Of a stretch of DNA of 64,000 nucleotides, positions 27,207-36,966 are shown one piece after another. Each line of letters opens with the position of its first letter. The first letter of the stretch is position 1. The stretch is taken from contig CAWIAJ010000003.1 of NCBI GenBank assembly GCA_963834085.1, forward strand, positions 3,834-67,833, in the 5' to 3' direction. Below the pieces are notes generated by a model that saw only the letters and a program-made list of their open reading frames with translations, was not told where the DNA came from and ran no database searches. Made by a program: the position numbers and the translations under genes. This DNA is from an uncultured Acidobacteriaceae bacterium. GTDB taxonomy: Bacteria > Acidobacteriota > Terriglobia > Terriglobales > Acidobacteriaceae.

Positions 27207-27587
27207 ATGTCTTATCCAACGGACCGGAAATATACGAAAGAGCACGAGTGGATCACGCCGGATGGCACGATTGGGATCACGGTGCATGCGCAGGATTCGC
27301 TCGGTGACATCGTGTTCGTCGATCTACCCAAGCCGGGCACGGAAATCAGCGCAGGCAAAACTTTCGGCACGGTCGAGTCGGTCAAGGCCGTCTCGGATTT
27401 GTACGCTCCGGTGTCGGGGACGGTGACCGAGGCAAACGAGGCCTTGGCGACGGCGCCCGAGCAAGTGAATAAGGATGCGCATGCTTCGTGGATGGTGAAG
27501 GTCAAGATCAAGGATCCGGCGGAACTGAACGCGCTGCTGTCGGCGGAAGATTACGAAAAATTCGTGAACGAAGAGGCGGGACGCTAG
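27207..27587 (+). CDS. gcvH: glycine cleavage system H protein
   Basis: YTKEHEWI and the lipoyl-lysine motif GTVESVKAVSDLYAPVSG are present. 126 aa. Confidence 0.9.
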   Translation: MSYPTDRKYTKEHEWITPDGTIGITVHAQDSLGDIVFVDLPKPGTEISAGKTFGTVESVKAVSDLYAPVSGTVTEANEALATAPEQVNKDAHASWMVKVKIKDPAELNALLSAEDYEKFVNEEAGR

Positions 27588-27588
27588 A

Positions 27589-27685
27589 CAGAGGTAAGGT
27601 TCGATTGCAGAGGTTAAGACCCTGGTTGTCCAGGACTGGGGAGTATTTTTATTTCTGCATTCTAACCTCTGGCTTCTAACCTCTG
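27589..27685. repeat. nested inverted-repeat element between gcvH and gcvPA
   Basis: Two direct copies of CAGAGGT(T)AAG (27589..27599, 27608..27618) face two copies of CTAACCTCTG (27662..27671, 27676..27685). A small hairpin CCTGGttgtCCAGG (27621..27634) and a T-rich tract lie between them. Confidence 0.5.
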
Positions 27686-27740
27686 TAGTCCGACAATCTT
27701 TTTTGCTCCTGCTACATCCAATAGAGTTCCAACATTTCTT

Positions 27741-29119
27741 ATGAGATATCTTCCTAAGTCTCCCACGGATCGCGCCGCTATGTTGCAGGCGATCGGGATC
27801 CGCTCCGTTGATGAGCTTTTCGCGCCGATTCCGGCGGAATATCGCCTGAAGAACGACCTCTCGATTCCCCGCCAGATGGCCGAGTCGGAAATTGTCGACT
27901 GGTTCAAACAGCGCGCCAAAGAAAATGGCGAAGGCTACACGAGCTTTCTGGGCGCGGGAGCTTATTTTCACTACCGTCCGGTCGTTATCGATGCGCTGGT
28001 ACAGCGCGGCGAGTTTCTGACGGCGTACACGCCGTATCAGGCGGAGTTTGCGCAGGGAACTCTGCAGGCCATCTTTGAGTTCCAGACGATGATTTCGGAA
28101 CTTACGGGCATGGATCTGGCGAATGCGTCGATGTATGACGGGTCGACGGGCGCGGCGGAAGCGGTGATGATGGCGGTTCGTGTGACGGGGCGGCAAACGG
28201 CGGTGATCGCTCGCAACCTGCATCCCGAGTATCGCGAGGTGCTGAATACGTACGCGACGCATCAGGAGATTCCGCAGAAGCTGGTTTCGTTTACGGCGTC
28301 GGGCACGGTGGATTTGAAAGAACTTGAGAGGGCGGTGGACGCCGATACGGCGTGCGTGCTGATTCAGTCTCCTAATTTCTTTGGGACGATTGAGGATGTC
28401 GAAGCGATTGCGGAGATTGCGCATAAACGAGGCGCGCTGCTGATTGTTTCGATTGCGGAAGCGGCGTCGCTGGGAATCGTTGAGCCTCCGCGACAAGCAG
28501 ATATTGTGGCGATGGAAGCGCAGTCGTTTGGCGTGCCGCTGGGATTTGGCGGTCCTTATTGCGGAGTGCTGGCGACGAAAGAGAAGTTTGTGCGGCAGAT
28601 GCCGGGACGGCTCGCTGGCCAGACGACGGATAAAAACGGCAAGCGCGGATTTGTGCTGACGCTGGCGACGCGCGAACAACATATACGGCGCGAGAAGGCG
28701 ACCTCGAATATCTGCACGAACCAGGCGTTGGTGGCGCTGATGGTTAGTATTTTTATGACCGTGTATGGAAAAGTCGGGCTGCGGGAACTGGCGAAGCAGA
28801 ATCTGGCGAAGACGGTCTACGCGGCCGATCAATTCAGCAAACATGCGAAGGTGCTGTTTGCGGGGGCTCCGCGATTCAATGAGTTTGTGGTGCAGACGAG
28901 CGAAGATCCTTACGCGATCAATTCGCGGTTGCTGGGACACAAGATCGTGGGAGGCTGCCGCTGAAGAAGTTCTATCCCGAACTGGGAAATGCGGCGCTGT
29001 GGTGCTGCACCGAATTGACTACTCGCTCGATGATCGATACCGCAGTGGGATTGGTGGCGGAGAGCGAACGATCAGTGCGGACAATGAAAGATGTTGAGCC
29101 CGAAGAGGTGGCGCGATGA
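27741..29119 (+). pseudogene. gcvPA: glycine dehydrogenase (aminomethyl-transferring) subunit 1; the frame is broken by a 1-nt indel as sequenced
   Basis: ORF 27741..28964 ends ...[11 protein letters not shown]. The conserved C-terminus [37 protein letters not shown]... continues in the -1 frame from about 28955 to TGA 29117..29119. That stop overlaps the gcvPB ATG as ATGA. Confidence 0.85.
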
Positions 29120-30622
29120 CAACCAAGCACATGACTCGCAAAGCGACGCGCCACATCAGTCAGAACGAGGGATTGATTTTCGAGAAATCGTCTCCGGGGA
29201 AGGCGGCTTGGAAGCTGCCGCCGCTGGACGTCCCTGAAGTGGATACGGCGAAGTTGTTGGGGAAATCAAGAGCGCAAGGATCTCGGAAATATGCCGGAGG
29301 TTAGCGAGATTGAGATCATCCGGCATTTCACGCGGCTCTCGACGTGGAATTACGCGATCGATCTGGGGATGTATCCGCTCGGTTCCTGCACGATGAAGTA
29401 CAACCCGCGGGTAAACGAGTTTGTGGCGCGTGTGGAAGGGCTGGCCAACGGACATCCGTATCAGGCGGAGAAGATTTCGCAGGGCGCGCTGCGCATTATG
29501 AAGACGCTGAGCGACTGCCTGCTCGAGATCACGGGCATGGATGCGATTACGTTGCAGCCGGCGGCGGGCGCGCAAGGTGAACTGACGGGATTGCTGATGG
29601 TGCGCGCGTACCACGAGGCGCAGGGCAATGCGCGCAAGAAAGTTCTCATTCCTGACTCGGCGCATGGCACGAATCCCGCGACCGCGGCGACGGTTGGCTA
29701 CGCGGTGGAAAATTTGAAGTCGAACGAACGCGGCATGGTGGATGTCGCGGCGCTAGCGGCGCAGATGAACGAAGATGTCGCGGCGCTGATGGTTACCAAT
29801 CCGAATACGCTCGGCGTCTTCGAGCAGGAGATTCACAAGATCGCCGACCTGCTGCATGAAAAGGGCGGGCTGCTCTACATGGACGGCGCCAACATGAATG
29901 CGCTGGTGGCGAAGGCGCGTCCTGGAGATTTCGGCGTGGATGTGATGCACCTGAATCTGCACAAGACGTTCTCGACGCCACATGGTGGAGGCGGACCGGG
30001 ATCGGGTCCCGTGGCGGTGAAGAAGATGCTGGCGCCGTTCCTGCCGACTCCAGTGGTCATCACGAAGGCCGATGGGACGCTGGGTTTTGAATACAACCGT
30101 CCGCAATCGGTGGGGCGCGTGCGGGCGTTCTACGGAAACTTTGGAATGTTCATTCGCGCGTTGGCTTACATTTTTGCGAACGGTCCCGAGGGTTTGCGCG
30201 AGACGACAGAAGACGCGGTCTTGAACGCGAATTACATTCGCAAAGGCTTGGAAGGCACGTTTGATCTACCGTACGATACGCCGTCGATGCATGAAGTGGT
30301 TTTCAGCGACAAGCTGCAATCGAAAAAAGGCGTGAAGACGATGGACCTGGCGAAGCGGTTGATCGATTACGGGTTCCATCCGTATACGACCGCGTTTCCG
30401 CTCATTGTGCCGGGAGCGCTGATGATCGAACCGACGGAGAGCGAACCTTTAGAAGAATTGGACCTGTTCATCGAAGCGATGAAGTCGATTGCGGAGGAAG
30501 TAGAAGAAGATCCGCAGTATGTGATGGACGCTCCGCATAATACGCGGATTTCGCGACTCGATGAGACGGCGGCGGCGCGCAAACCGGTGTTGCGCTGGAA
30601 GCCGGAGACTTCAGTCCTGTAA
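29116..30622 (+). pseudogene. gcvPB: glycine dehydrogenase (aminomethyl-transferring) subunit 2; the frame is broken by a 1-nt indel as sequenced
   Basis: The N-terminal 50 aa (MTTKHM...NEGLIFEKSSPGKAAWKLPPLDVPEVDTAKLLG) lie in ORF 29116..29304. The rest (..NQERKDLGNMPEVSEIEIIRHFTRLS...GSCTMKYNP...) is in the +1 frame, ORF 29291..30622. The junction is at the GGGGAAA run, 29259..29265. Confidence 0.85.
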
Positions 30623-30698
30623 AAGCAAACTAATCTGCTCAAGTGTCATCTAAGGCGCTGACATTGGTTTGTCCTTCGAGCGATAAGGAGATCGCACC

Positions 30699-31094
30699 AT
30701 GAAAGGGTACGGCGGGTCTAGGTTCAGTTTCTCCTCCGTTCTGATGGTCGCTTTCGGCTGTCTGCTGGCTATCGCGGGGGCGCAGACTCGATCGGGGATC
30801 GTTGGGGATTGGGAAGGAACTCTCGATCCCGGTGCGCAGCCGAAGAAGCGGATTGTGGTGCACATCGAGGCCGCGCAGGATGGCAGTTTAAGCGGAACGA
30901 TTGACTATCCGGACCAGGACACCTCGGGCATTACCATCACGGCCATTACCTACAGAGAACATGCGCTGCATTTTGAAAGCAGCAGTATTCCGGCTTTGTA
31001 TGAGGGCACCATGAATGAGCAGCATACGCAGCTCACGGGCACATGGAAGCAAGGCGCGACGCCGCTGAGTCTGGTGCTGAAGCGCACTCCCTAA
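30699..31094 (+). CDS. secreted hypothetical protein (131 aa)
   Basis: It has a signal-peptide-like N-terminus (VLMVAFGCLLAIAGAQT). The pattern GDWEGTL...LSGTIDYPDQD...LTGTWKQG suggests a small beta-rich domain. Confidence 0.5.
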   Translation: MKGYGGSRFSFSSVLMVAFGCLLAIAGAQTRSGIVGDWEGTLDPGAQPKKRIVVHIEAAQDGSLSGTIDYPDQDTSGITITAITYREHALHFESSSIPALYEGTMNEQHTQLTGTWKQGATPLSLVLKRTP

Positions 31095-31158
31095 TCAGGA
31101 GGTCCGCACTTTCCTGCGCATTTTCCCAGAAGTCTAACTGTTCAACCGTCGACTGCGG

Positions 31159-31575
31159 ATGGTCAAAGCGCTCGCCTTGTTAGAATCACGTGAGTCTATT
31201 TCCATGCCTGAGGATGCGGCCGGCGAGGCCCACGCTCGCCAACTCGCTGAACATCACTATTACGCCGCGCTTGATTTGGTGCTGGAGGGACAGCACGATC
31301 AAGCGGTGGAAGAGTACCGTCATGCGGTAGAGGCGGATCCGAAGTTTACGGATGCGCTGCACGGGCTGAGCCGGGCGCTTCAAGATCTGAGCCGATTTGA
31401 CGAGGCCATTGAAGTGTCGAAGCAGATTTCGGAGATTGATCCTGACGATATCCTGGCGCATACGAGCCTTTCGATTCTGTATCAGAAGAAGGGTATGGTA
31501 CCGGAGGCGGAGGCGGAGGGGAACAAGGCGCGAGTGTTGGGGTGGAAGGCGCAGTTGAAGAAGGGGAGTGGCTAG
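31159..31575 (+). CDS. tetratricopeptide repeat protein (138 aa)
   Basis: TPR-like helical repeats are visible (YYAALDLVLEGQHDQAVEEYRHAVEADPKFTDALHGLSRALQDLSRFDEAIEVSKQISEIDPDD). Confidence 0.65.
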   Translation: MVKALALLESRESISMPEDAAGEAHARQLAEHHYYAALDLVLEGQHDQAVEEYRHAVEADPKFTDALHGLSRALQDLSRFDEAIEVSKQISEIDPDDILAHTSLSILYQKKGMVPEAEAEGNKARVLGWKAQLKKGSG

Positions 31576-31705
31576 GCGGCGGCTGGCGTTCAGGAAGCCA
31601 TCGTCCATATTGGTGCAGACCAGGAACTTAGTTCACGGTTGTGATCGATTGGGTTGCGTCCGATCTTGGACGCGGCCCAGCAACGGACGAATTCAATTCG
31701 CCCAC

Positions 31706-31746
31706 GATCCCTCGGCAATCTTGATTGGCAAGACGGTCGAGGGATC
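31706..31746. repeat. 9-bp perfect inverted repeat GATCCCTCG / CGAGGGATC with a structured 23-nt loop, at a convergent junction
   Basis: Read directly. An inner CAATCttGATTG stem is present. It shares the GATCCCTCG arm with 9507..9515. Confidence 0.4.
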
Positions 31747-31780
31747 GTTGGCTGACAAGTTGGCACTCGCTTCCGGCGCC

Positions 31781-34700
31781 CTAGAACTTTAGCTTTAGAG
31801 CGAACTGAAACAGACGCGGATTACCCACAGTTGAGTTGACGACACCGAAAGAACTCAAATTGGGTTGCAGTTGGCCGTTGACGTAGCCGGTAGCGATGTC
31901 ACTGTTGGGCGTCCCAAACTGGGCGTGGTTAAAGAGATTGAAGATTTCCGTGCGGAAATCCAATCCGACTCTCTCCGTGACGCGGAACGTTTTAATGATG
32001 GAGAAATCTGTATTGACATAATCGGGGCCATTGACCGGGGCGCGGTTCGCGGTGCCCAATTCTCCCGGCAGCGCCGCCTCGAAGGCACAGGGATTAAACC
32101 AATAGCCAGTGCCAGCCGTGTGTAAAGTCGTGGGCGCTGTGCAACCCGGGTTTGCAGCGACCGGCCCGGCCTTGTTCGGATCACCCACGATGTCAGGGCG
32201 ATTCCAATTCGAAGCATTATCTTGGAAGAAGACGCCGGACTGGTTGTTGCTGTTGATGACGAAAACGGGGAAGCCGGAAGTGAGCTTCTCAATCAAGGTC
32301 ACCTGCCAATTTCCGAGGGCCGCGTCAACGGGAGTGCTCCAGTTACCGCCGAACGCCTTGCCTTTTCCGAAGGGCAAGTCGTAGATCACGCTGGCGGTGA
32401 ACTGGTGATTGAGATTGATCTGCGATAGAGCCCAGTCGGACTTGCTGGCTCCTGGCAGGGGCCAGTAAGTTGCGCTCACGTCTGTGCCGACATTGTCGGA
32501 AAGACCGGAATCATAGGTGCGAGAATATGTGTAGCCCAAGAGAGCATAGAGACCGTGGCGCGCACTCTTGGTCTCAGCCTTAAGTTGCAACGAGTTGTAG
32601 TGAGTTCGCCCTCCATCCGTGGTGTTCGAAATATAACCGAAGGGGTAGAGGGGCGTGGTTGGCCCTCCACAGCCCAGATTGTAACCCGTGGCCACCCCGC
32701 ACGCTGTGGGAGAAGTAACGTTCAAGTTCAGACCATCGAAGAGAATATGGGATCCACGCGACCCGGCGTACCCCGCTGTTAGGACCACGTTTGCCGGCAA
32801 CTGATGTTCGACATTGAAGTTGAACTGCTGCACCATTCCTTGTTTGAAGTTCAGGTTCTGGGACTGCACCGTGCCGGTGAACGAGGAGAGCGGCGGGGGC
32901 GAGCTGAAGAGAGGGAAGCCGCCGCTGATGCTGCAAACGGTGGATGCGCTTCCGTAAGGGCAACTCCCGGGAAAATTGTCGGATTCGGCAAAGAACGGGG
33001 GCGATTCCCAAAGGCCGTACGAGCCCTGATCCCATGAAGAATCGTGAAAGATCGAGTAGCCCGCGCGAATTGCTGTCGTTTGACTCCCTCTCGGTTTCCA
33101 CGCCAAGCCAAAGCGAGGTTCAATCGCGGTCTTGTCCATCTGGATGCCAACACGTCCATCAGAATTCTGGCCGGGGATGAAATATTGTCCCGTCGCGAAG
33201 TCGAGGTTCGCCTGCCGGTTATGCGCCTCAACAATCGGCGTTACTAACGCCCACGCAACGCCGACATTCAAGGTCAAATTACTGGAGACGCGCCAGTCAT
33301 CCTGCACGTAGGGGCGGAACAACTTCCAGCGGCGTCCCGTGGTCGCGCCCTTAAACGTCTGATCGTGGATGGCTCCCCCGTAGAGACCCATTGCGAGCTC
33401 TGCCATGGCGTCGCCCGTGTAGCTTCCAAAGAGCAGGAAATAGCCGTCCTGAAACGCGTTCGTCGTAATGTTCATCTGGTTAAAACGGATGCCCAACCCC
33501 ACTCGTATGTCGTGTGATCCGCGGACCATGTCGAACGAATCCGATGCGGAGTAGACATTGGTTCCACCCTGGAATGGGGTGTATCCGCGATCACCCACCG
33601 CGAAGTAGTTCGATAATTGGAACGAACTCAGTCCGCAACTCATGCAACCAGATGCAGTTGATTGCGACAGGCCCGGGGGCGCATCGGGACAGATGCTGGC
33701 AAGGTTGGCGTTCGGAATTCCTAGCTTGGCTGCTTCGCATGTGCCATCGCCATAGGAAATGATGTGGTTGAAGATACGGTTGAAGCCGATGTTCGCCTGG
33801 TTAATGTTGCGGGACGAAAAAATGTGGGTTTCCGAAAGAGCTACGTTTCGTCCGTGATTGCTGATGTTCTGGTTGCTGGCGAAGGCGTTCTGCTCGGCAA
33901 AGCCCGGAGTGCCGCCCGGGACATATGAGTTCGCCTGATCGTAGCTGAAGCGTGCGAATATCGAGTCGTGACTGGAGAAGTTATGGTCCAAACGGACATC
34001 GAATTCGCCTTCGTTCAGAGCGCGCACAGGCACGCTCGCGTAGTTGTACGCACTTGCCGGGTTGTTCGCGTTGGCTGTGGGATATAGATCCACAAGTTGT
34101 TGCCCGATTGAGTTGAACAGAGAGGACGGGATGACGCTACAGTCGCTGGCGCCTGTATTTTGGGTCCCATCAGAATTCAGGGGGATCGCATTACCCGACG
34201 CATCGCACTGGAATGCCTTATCGGAGGGATTGCCGGGCTGGCCGTTCGAATAGGGATTGTTTAGATTCGCATAGCCATTCGGATTGCTCGGTCCTCGCGG
34301 GTCGCCATACGGGTCGCTGGTGAAATCCCCATTCTTCATCGCTGCGGTCGGAACAAGTCCAACGTACGGCGTACCATGACGCTGGCGTTTTGCCTGATAG
34401 TCGAGGAAGAAGAACGTTTTGTCTTTCTGGATCGCCCCGCCCAGTGCGCCGCCAAACTGGTTCAAGTTGAACTGCTCTTTCGATGATGCGAAATAGCTCT
34501 TGGAATCGAGGGCTGTATTTCGGAAGAACTCGAACAGCGTGCCGTGGAACTGATTGGAGCCAGACTTGGTTGTCACCAAGACAGTTGGGCCCGCGCGAGT
34601 GCCGTATTCGGCGGAATAATTATAGGTGAGAACTTTGAATTCCTGAATGGCATCGATGGAAGGTAGAATGGCAATTCCGCCCGCCGTCAGTTCGTTGTTG

Positions 34701-35320
34701 TCGTTACCGTCGAGCAGCCAGTCTGTGCTGCTGGTACGCGACCCGCCAACCGAGAGTGAATACGATCCTCGCGCCGAGACTTCGCTGCTGGGGCCACCAT
34801 TGAAAAAGCTGTTGGGGTTGGTTTCCTGTGTCACGCCTGGAGTGAGTGTGGCCAGGGAAACGAAGTCACGACCGTTGAGCGGTAGGTCGGCCACCTGCTC
34901 GGAGGTAATGACTTGGCCGAGGGTCGGATTCGTGGTTTCAACCGCGACCTCATTCGCACTGACCTCGACCGTTGCGGAGACGGAAGCAGGCTTGAGGGTG
35001 AAATCCACCTCGCGCTGTTCGTCGACTTGCAGACGGATATCTCGCTGCTCGGTAGTCTGGAACCCCTGTGACTCCACCCGTACGGTATAAATCGCCACGG
35101 GTAGGAAAGTGGCAGTGTAGTGGCCGGACCCGTCCGTCTTGACATCGCGCGTGGCGCCTGTGCCTTGAGAAGTGATTTTTACGACAGCTCCGGAAATGAC
35201 GGAACCCGTGTTGTCGGAGACAGTGCCCGAAAGATTACCGTTTGCCTGGCCATACAGAGATGGACAGAGGGAAAATACCGCACACAGAAACGACGTCCGT
35301 AACAACGCCTTCGAATGCAT
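31781..35320 (-). CDS. TonB-dependent receptor with an N-terminal carboxypeptidase-regulatory-like domain
   Basis: 1179 aa with a signal peptide. NLSGTVSDNTGSVISGAVVKITSQGTGATRDVKTDGSGHYTATFLPVAIYTVRVESQGF is followed by DLPLNGRDFVSLATLTPGV and TTKSGSNQFHGTLFEFFRN. The C-terminus ends FQFALKLKF. Confidence 0.85.
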   Translation of the reverse strand: MHSKALLRTSFLCAVFSLCPSLYGQANGNLSGTVSDNTGSVISGAVVKITSQGTGATRDVKTDGSGHYTATFLPVAIYTVRVESQGFQTTEQRDIRLQVDEQREVDFTLKPASVSATVEVSANEVAVETTNPTLGQVITSEQVADLPLNGRDFVSLATLTPGVTQETNPNSFFNGGPSSEVSARGSYSLSVGGSRTSSTDWLLDGNDNNELTAGGIAILPSIDAIQEFKVLTYNYSAEYGTRAGPTVLVTTKSGSNQFHGTLFEFFRNTALDSKSYFASSKEQFNLNQFGGALGGAIQKDKTFFFLDYQAKRQRHGTPYVGLVPTAAMKNGDFTSDPYGDPRGPSNPNGYANLNNPYSNGQPGNPSDKAFQCDASGNAIPLNSDGTQNTGASDCSVIPSSLFNSIGQQLVDLYPTANANNPASAYNYASVPVRALNEGEFDVRLDHNFSSHDSIFARFSYDQANSYVPGGTPGFAEQNAFASNQNISNHGRNVALSETHIFSSRNINQANIGFNRIFNHIISYGDGTCEAAKLGIPNANLASICPDAPPGLSQSTASGCMSCGLSSFQLSNYFAVGDRGYTPFQGGTNVYSASDSFDMVRGSHDIRVGLGIRFNQMNITTNAFQDGYFLLFGSYTGDAMAELAMGLYGGAIHDQTFKGATTGRRWKLFRPYVQDDWRVSSNLTLNVGVAWALVTPIVEAHNRQANLDFATGQYFIPGQNSDGRVGIQMDKTAIEPRFGLAWKPRGSQTTAIRAGYSIFHDSSWDQGSYGLWESPPFFAESDNFPGSCPYGSASTVCSISGGFPLFSSPPPLSSFTGTVQSQNLNFKQGMVQQFNFNVEHQLPANVVLTAGYAGSRGSHILFDGLNLNVTSPTACGVATGYNLGCGGPTTPLYPFGYISNTTDGGRTHYNSLQLKAETKSARHGLYALLGYTYSRTYDSGLSDNVGTDVSATYWPLPGASKSDWALSQINLNHQFTASVIYDLPFGKGKAFGGNWSTPVDAALGNWQVTLIEKLTSGFPVFVINSNNQSGVFFQDNASNWNRPDIVGDPNKAGPVAANPGCTAPTTLHTAGTGYWFNPCAFEAALPGELGTANRAPVNGPDYVNTDFSIIKTFRVTERVGLDFRTEIFNLFNHAQFGTPNSDIATGYVNGQLQPNLSSFGVVNSTVGNPRLFQFALKLKF

Positions 35321-35544
35321 CAGTTTTCACCTTGGAGTTTGGAAGGCCGCCAAGGTAAGGAGGGAAGAGAGTTCCGCCAAGGGCCCTGGGGGTTCGAATG
35401 TCGGCTTGGAAACGAATCTGCGATTTCCGAGCTGATTGAAAGCTTTCAAGCACGGCTGCAAAATTTAGCCTTCGCACTTCGGCTTGTCAAGCGATTTTTC
35501 TTCCAAAAGTTTTCACACGGGGCTCTGCGGGTTAAAATTCAGTT

Positions 35545-36723
35545 ATGCGAGAAGTGGTTTTGGTTTCTTCGGTACGGACGCCGGTGGGGCGGGCGTTTAA
35601 GGGGACGTTGCGGGCTACGCGTCCGGATGAACTGGCGGCGGTTGCGATCAAGGGAGCGCTGGATCGCGTGCCGCAGCTCGATCCCAAAGAAATTGAAGAT
35701 GTGATTCTAGGCTGCGCCATGCCCGAGGGCGAGCAGGGGATGAATGTGGCGCGCATTGCTTCGCTGCGGGCGGGGCTTCCGGTGGAAGTTTCGGCGGTGA
35801 CGATTAACCGGTTCTGCTCGTCCGGCTTGCAGGCGATTGCGATGGCCGCGGAGCGGATTATGGCGGGCGGGGCTGAGGTGATGGTGGCGGGCGGGACGGA
35901 ATCGATGTCGATGATTCCGATGGGCGGAAATAAGATCTCGCCCAATCCGTGGCTGGTGGATCATTATCCGGATGCCTATTTGTCGATGGGGCTGACGGCG
36001 GAGCGGCTGGCGGCGCGCTTTGGGATTACGCGCGAGGCTTGCGATGCGTTTTCGCTGCGCAGCCATCAGAAGGCGCTGGCGGCGATTGCGGCAGGGAAGT
36101 TTGAAGAAGAGACGGTGGCGGTGCCGGTAAGTTTTACGACTCCCAATGGAGCGAGGCCGAAGAAGCAGGAAATCACTTTCAAGGTGGATGAGGGGCCGCG
36201 CGGAGATACTTCGCTAGATGCGCTGGGAGCGCTTAAGGCGGCGTTTCATGTGAAGGGCGTGACGACGGCAGGGAATTCTTCGCAGATGTCGGATGGAGCG
36301 GCAGCGGCTGTCGTAATGTCGAGCGAGCGTGCGAAGGCGCTGGGGATTGCTCCGTTGGCGCGGTATGTTTCGTTTGCGACGGCCGGGTATAACCCGGAGG
36401 AGATGGGGCTGGGTCCGGTGTTTGCGATTCCGAAGGCGCTACGGCTGGCGGGTTTGAAGCTTTCGGACATTGACTTGATCGAACTGAACGAGGCGTTTGC
36501 GGCGCAGTCGCTGGCGGTGATCCAGGAGGCTGGGATTGATCCGGAGAAGGTGAATCCGAATGGGGGTGCCATTGCGCTGGGGCATCCGTTGGGATGTACG
36601 GGGGCGAAGCTTACGGCTTCGGTTCTACGTGAATTGAAGCGGCGGAAGGGGCGGTACGGGATGGTTACGATGTGCGTTGGCGGTGGGATGGGAGCGGCAG
36701 GGATATTTGAGAGTTTGGATTAG
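35545..36723 (+). CDS. acetyl-CoA C-acyltransferase (thiolase)
   Basis: The active-site Cys context VTINRFCSSGLQAI is present, with C-terminal GGAIALGHPLGCTGAKL and MCVGGGMGAAGIFE. 392 aa. Confidence 0.9.
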   Translation: MREVVLVSSVRTPVGRAFKGTLRATRPDELAAVAIKGALDRVPQLDPKEIEDVILGCAMPEGEQGMNVARIASLRAGLPVEVSAVTINRFCSSGLQAIAMAAERIMAGGAEVMVAGGTESMSMIPMGGNKISPNPWLVDHYPDAYLSMGLTAERLAARFGITREACDAFSLRSHQKALAAIAAGKFEEETVAVPVSFTTPNGARPKKQEITFKVDEGPRGDTSLDALGALKAAFHVKGVTTAGNSSQMSDGAAAAVVMSSERAKALGIAPLARYVSFATAGYNPEEMGLGPVFAIPKALRLAGLKLSDIDLIELNEAFAAQSLAVIQEAGIDPEKVNPNGGAIALGHPLGCTGAKLTASVLRELKRRKGRYGMVTMCVGGGMGAAGIFESLD

Positions 36724-36966
36724 ACACGAGGCAGACATTGAGGGACGAACGACGCGCTGGCGCAACTTTTGAGCGGAACGTCATCGGCAACTTCTTCCGG
36801 AACTCTTCGGCAAGTACTTCCGCAAAATCGACGATTGAATCGTTACTGAATCTTTACGAATCGACATATTCGTTGACGCGGATTTGCGGTAAGCTGATAC
36901 CATTCGGCAAAGTGAAACGACTTTAAGATACTGGCGAAGTTGATCTAAGTCATTTGGAGGTGCTCG

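Noticed and set aside
27589-27685. CRISPR-like array
   Set aside because: There are only two copies of a 10-11-nt word per side, arranged as inverted repeats. There are no regular repeat-spacer units and no cas genes anywhere in the window.
27324-28940. 538-aa minus-strand ORF
   Set aside because: It is antisense to gcvPA. The product is extremely Arg-rich and low in complexity, while the sense strand encodes a clearly conserved enzyme.
28945-29295. Programmed ribosomal frameshifting in gcvPA/gcvPB
   Set aside because: I found no X XXY YYZ slippery heptamer or known +1 shift site with a stimulatory structure at either junction. Three other unrelated genes in the window show the same kind of 1-nt break, which favours indels over recoding.
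31568-31792. 74-aa plus-strand ORF in the convergent spacer
   Set aside because: It spans the hairpin-containing spacer between two gene ends, overlaps both neighbouring genes and has no ribosome-binding site.
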